Source of the DNA: a virus
Taxonomy: Duplodnaviria; Caudoviricetes
DNA: 64,000 nt
Reading direction: 5' to 3' (one strand)
Virus record (IMG/VR): IMGVR_UViG_3300014204_000137
Coordinates: 34,586-98,585 of that record
Shown: positions 62,734-64,000 of the stretch, piece by piece
Layout of the letters: every line of letters begins with the position of its first letter
Position numbering within the stretch: the first letter of the stretch is position 1
The notes under the pieces: model-generated
The model's database searches: none
What the model was told of the DNA's origin: nothing
The model's input: the letters and a program-made list of their open reading frames with translations, nothing else
Translations under genes and position numbers: made by a program

Positions 62734-62919
62734 ATGACAAAAGCACAGATAGAGAAGGTCGGGGTCGCGTGGACACGTACGTTTAAGAATGGTAAAGAGG
62801 GATTAAAACTTTCCATCAACAAAGAAATTTTGGTGGCGTTCAAGAACCTTAAAAAGAAAACAGATAAAGATCCAGATTTTATAATTGTGAAATTTATCGA
62901 CGCACCAACAACCAAATAA
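62734..62919 (+). CDS. Small DUF736-like protein
   Basis: VG.AW, F.N..K...K.PDF; AAGGAG RBS. Confidence 0.5.
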   Translation: MTKAQIEKVGVAWTRTFKNGKEGLKLSINKEILVAFKNLKKKTDKDPDFIIVKFIDAPTTK

Positions 62920-62937
62920 GAAAGTAGTTGATTAGTA

Positions 62938-63123
62938 ATGGCAGACATTAACGTAACTATAACAGAAAAAGAAATTATATCTGTAACAATTAGCGGAGGA
63001 AGCGGAACGTCAAATCATGCTTCCCTTTCTAATTTAGATTACGCTAGCGCAGGCCATACTGGATTTCAGAAGACAATAGAGTGGGACGAATTTTACAGAT
63101 CATTTTTAATAGACAAACCTTAA
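62938..63123 (+). CDS. Small virion-associated protein
   Basis: H..L.NLDY..AGHTGF. Confidence 0.5.
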   Translation: MADINVTITEKEIISVTISGGSGTSNHASLSNLDYASAGHTGFQKTIEWDEFYRSFLIDKP

Positions 63124-63132
63124 GGAGTAGTT

Positions 63133-63552
63133 TTGAAATACATTAATAATTGCAAGAGTAAAATTAAATATTGTAGAAAATGTAGATCAATTTTAACTAT
63201 AGAAAATACTACTCCTAGCGTAAGAACAGTAGACTATATCTGTAGAAAGTGTTTTAGAATTGTAAATAAGACGTGGAAGAAAGCTAATAGTGTAGAAACA
63301 TTTAAAGATGGAAAGAGTGTTAGAATATATGGACGAAAAAGAGAACGTCCACAAAACGATTTATGTGAAGTATGTACCACTAATAAAATTGAAGGGTATC
63401 ATCACTGGGATGACACTAACCTTCTTAAAGGAATGTGGATTTGTAATAGTTGTCATTACTTAGCAAATTCATTAGAAAAACTTAAAGATGGTAGAGCAAA
63501 GAAGTATTTTAATTTAAAAAATAAACTTGAAGGGGGTGAATACAAAACATGA
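63133..63552 (+). CDS. HNH-like Zn-finger endonuclease
   Basis: CEVC...HHWD.....W.C.SCH. Confidence 0.7.
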   Translation: MKYINNCKSKIKYCRKCRSILTIENTTPSVRTVDYICRKCFRIVNKTWKKANSVETFKDGKSVRIYGRKRERPQNDLCEVCTTNKIEGYHHWDDTNLLKGMWICNSCHYLANSLEKLKDGRAKKYFNLKNKLEGGEYKT

Positions 63553-64000
63553 GTAATTATAGAGTTCCAGCACTAGAGAGATTTGAGTGGCAGCAAGCAG
63601 TTAAAGATATTCTTAATACACCTCCAGTAACACCAGCAAAGGGTGACAGATACTTAGTAGGAACGACACCAACAGACGCATGGGTAGGATCAGCTAATAA
63701 AATAGCTTATTGTTCAAATGCAACAGGACCGGTTTGGTCTTATGACAATCCACTTCCTGGTATGATGGTGTTCGTAGAAGATGTACAAGAGTATTGGAAG
63801 TACGCTAATTCTGCATGGTCTCAATATTTAGGTCAGAAAGGTGATCAAGGCGATCAAGGAGCAACTGGCGCTAAAGGTGATCAAGGCGATCAAGGAGCAA
63901 CTGGCGCTAAAGGTGATCAAGGCGATCAAGGAGCAACGGGCGCTAAGGGAGACCAGGGCGATCAAGGAGCAACTGGCGCTAAGGGAGACCAAGGCGATCA
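63549..64000 (+). CDS. DUF2793-like domain plus collagen repeat protein (3'-truncated; not in ORF track)
   Basis: MSNYRVPALERFEWQQAV...PP.TP.KGDRYLV...AW.G....IA, then (GDQGDQGATGAK)n. Confidence 0.85.
   Translation, partial: MSNYRVPALERFEWQQAVKDILNTPPVTPAKGDRYLVGTTPTDAWVGSANKIAYCSNATGPVWSYDNPLPGMMVFVEDVQEYWKYANSAWSQYLGQKGDQGDQGATGAKGDQGDQGATGAKGDQGDQGATGAKGDQGDQGATGAKGDQGD
63840..64000 (+). repeat. 36-bp tandem repeat, at least 4.5 copies, encoding collagen GDQGDQGATGAK
   Basis: ggtgatcaaggcgatcaaggagcaactggcgctaaa repeated with synonymous changes. Confidence 0.95.

Larger units (their letters stand above)
1..64000 (+). mobile_element. Segment of a large tailed dsDNA phage genome (no host genes or integrase seen)
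   Basis: Terminase, portal, tail-fibre-like, PolA, helicase, SSB and tRNA genes; unidirectional dense small ORFs. Confidence 0.95.

Noticed and set aside
2176-62948. Minus-strand ORFs in the track
   Set aside because: All lie antisense to well-supported + strand genes and lack recognisable motifs
1-64000. Stop-codon reassignment (code 4 or 15)
   Set aside because: Long conserved genes are intact in code 11 and end in TAA, TAG and TGA; the split genes change frame rather than read through
63840-64000. 36-bp repeats as a CRISPR array
   Set aside because: No spacers; in-frame collagen coding with synonymous variation

Overview
A 64-kb segment of a large tailed bacteriophage genome. It is AT-rich, essentially all genes are on the + strand, genes are tightly packed with ATGA/TAATG overlaps, and RBSs are GGAG-type. 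All protein calls come from motif recognition by eye, with no database searches. Layout: (i) 1-23.1 kb, replication and nucleotide metabolism: DnaB C-terminus, a complete preQ0 (7-deazaguanine) pathway (FolE2, QueD, QueE, QueC), a type I PRTase, two NDT-family deoxyribosyl hydrolases/transferases, DeoC, an HD hydrolase, a MazG-like protein, dUTPase, DUF1599, a BT1 MFS transporter, a UDG-PolA fusion, SSB, RuvC, RecA, SbcD, a split SbcC, ClpP and a sigma factor split over two ORFs; (ii) 23.1-27.7 kb, terminase subunits; (iii) 28-53.5 kb, dozens of small accessory ORFs behind three near-identical sigma70 promoters, including an RNA-repair set and three abutting tRNAs (fMet-like CAT, Ala-TGC, Ile-TAT); (iv) 53.5-64 kb, C39 peptidase, peptide deformylase, amidoligase, portal, collagen/LamG/DUF2793 virion proteins and HNH endonucleases. 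The best candidate for a new system is a DpdA-independent, nucleotide-pool-level route for putting 7-deazaguanine into DNA, analogous to the Z-genome logic. This is an inference, and dpdA could lie outside the window. Other leads are the bipartite sigma factor with three promoter classes, the fractured sbcC, and tRNA-Ile(UAU).
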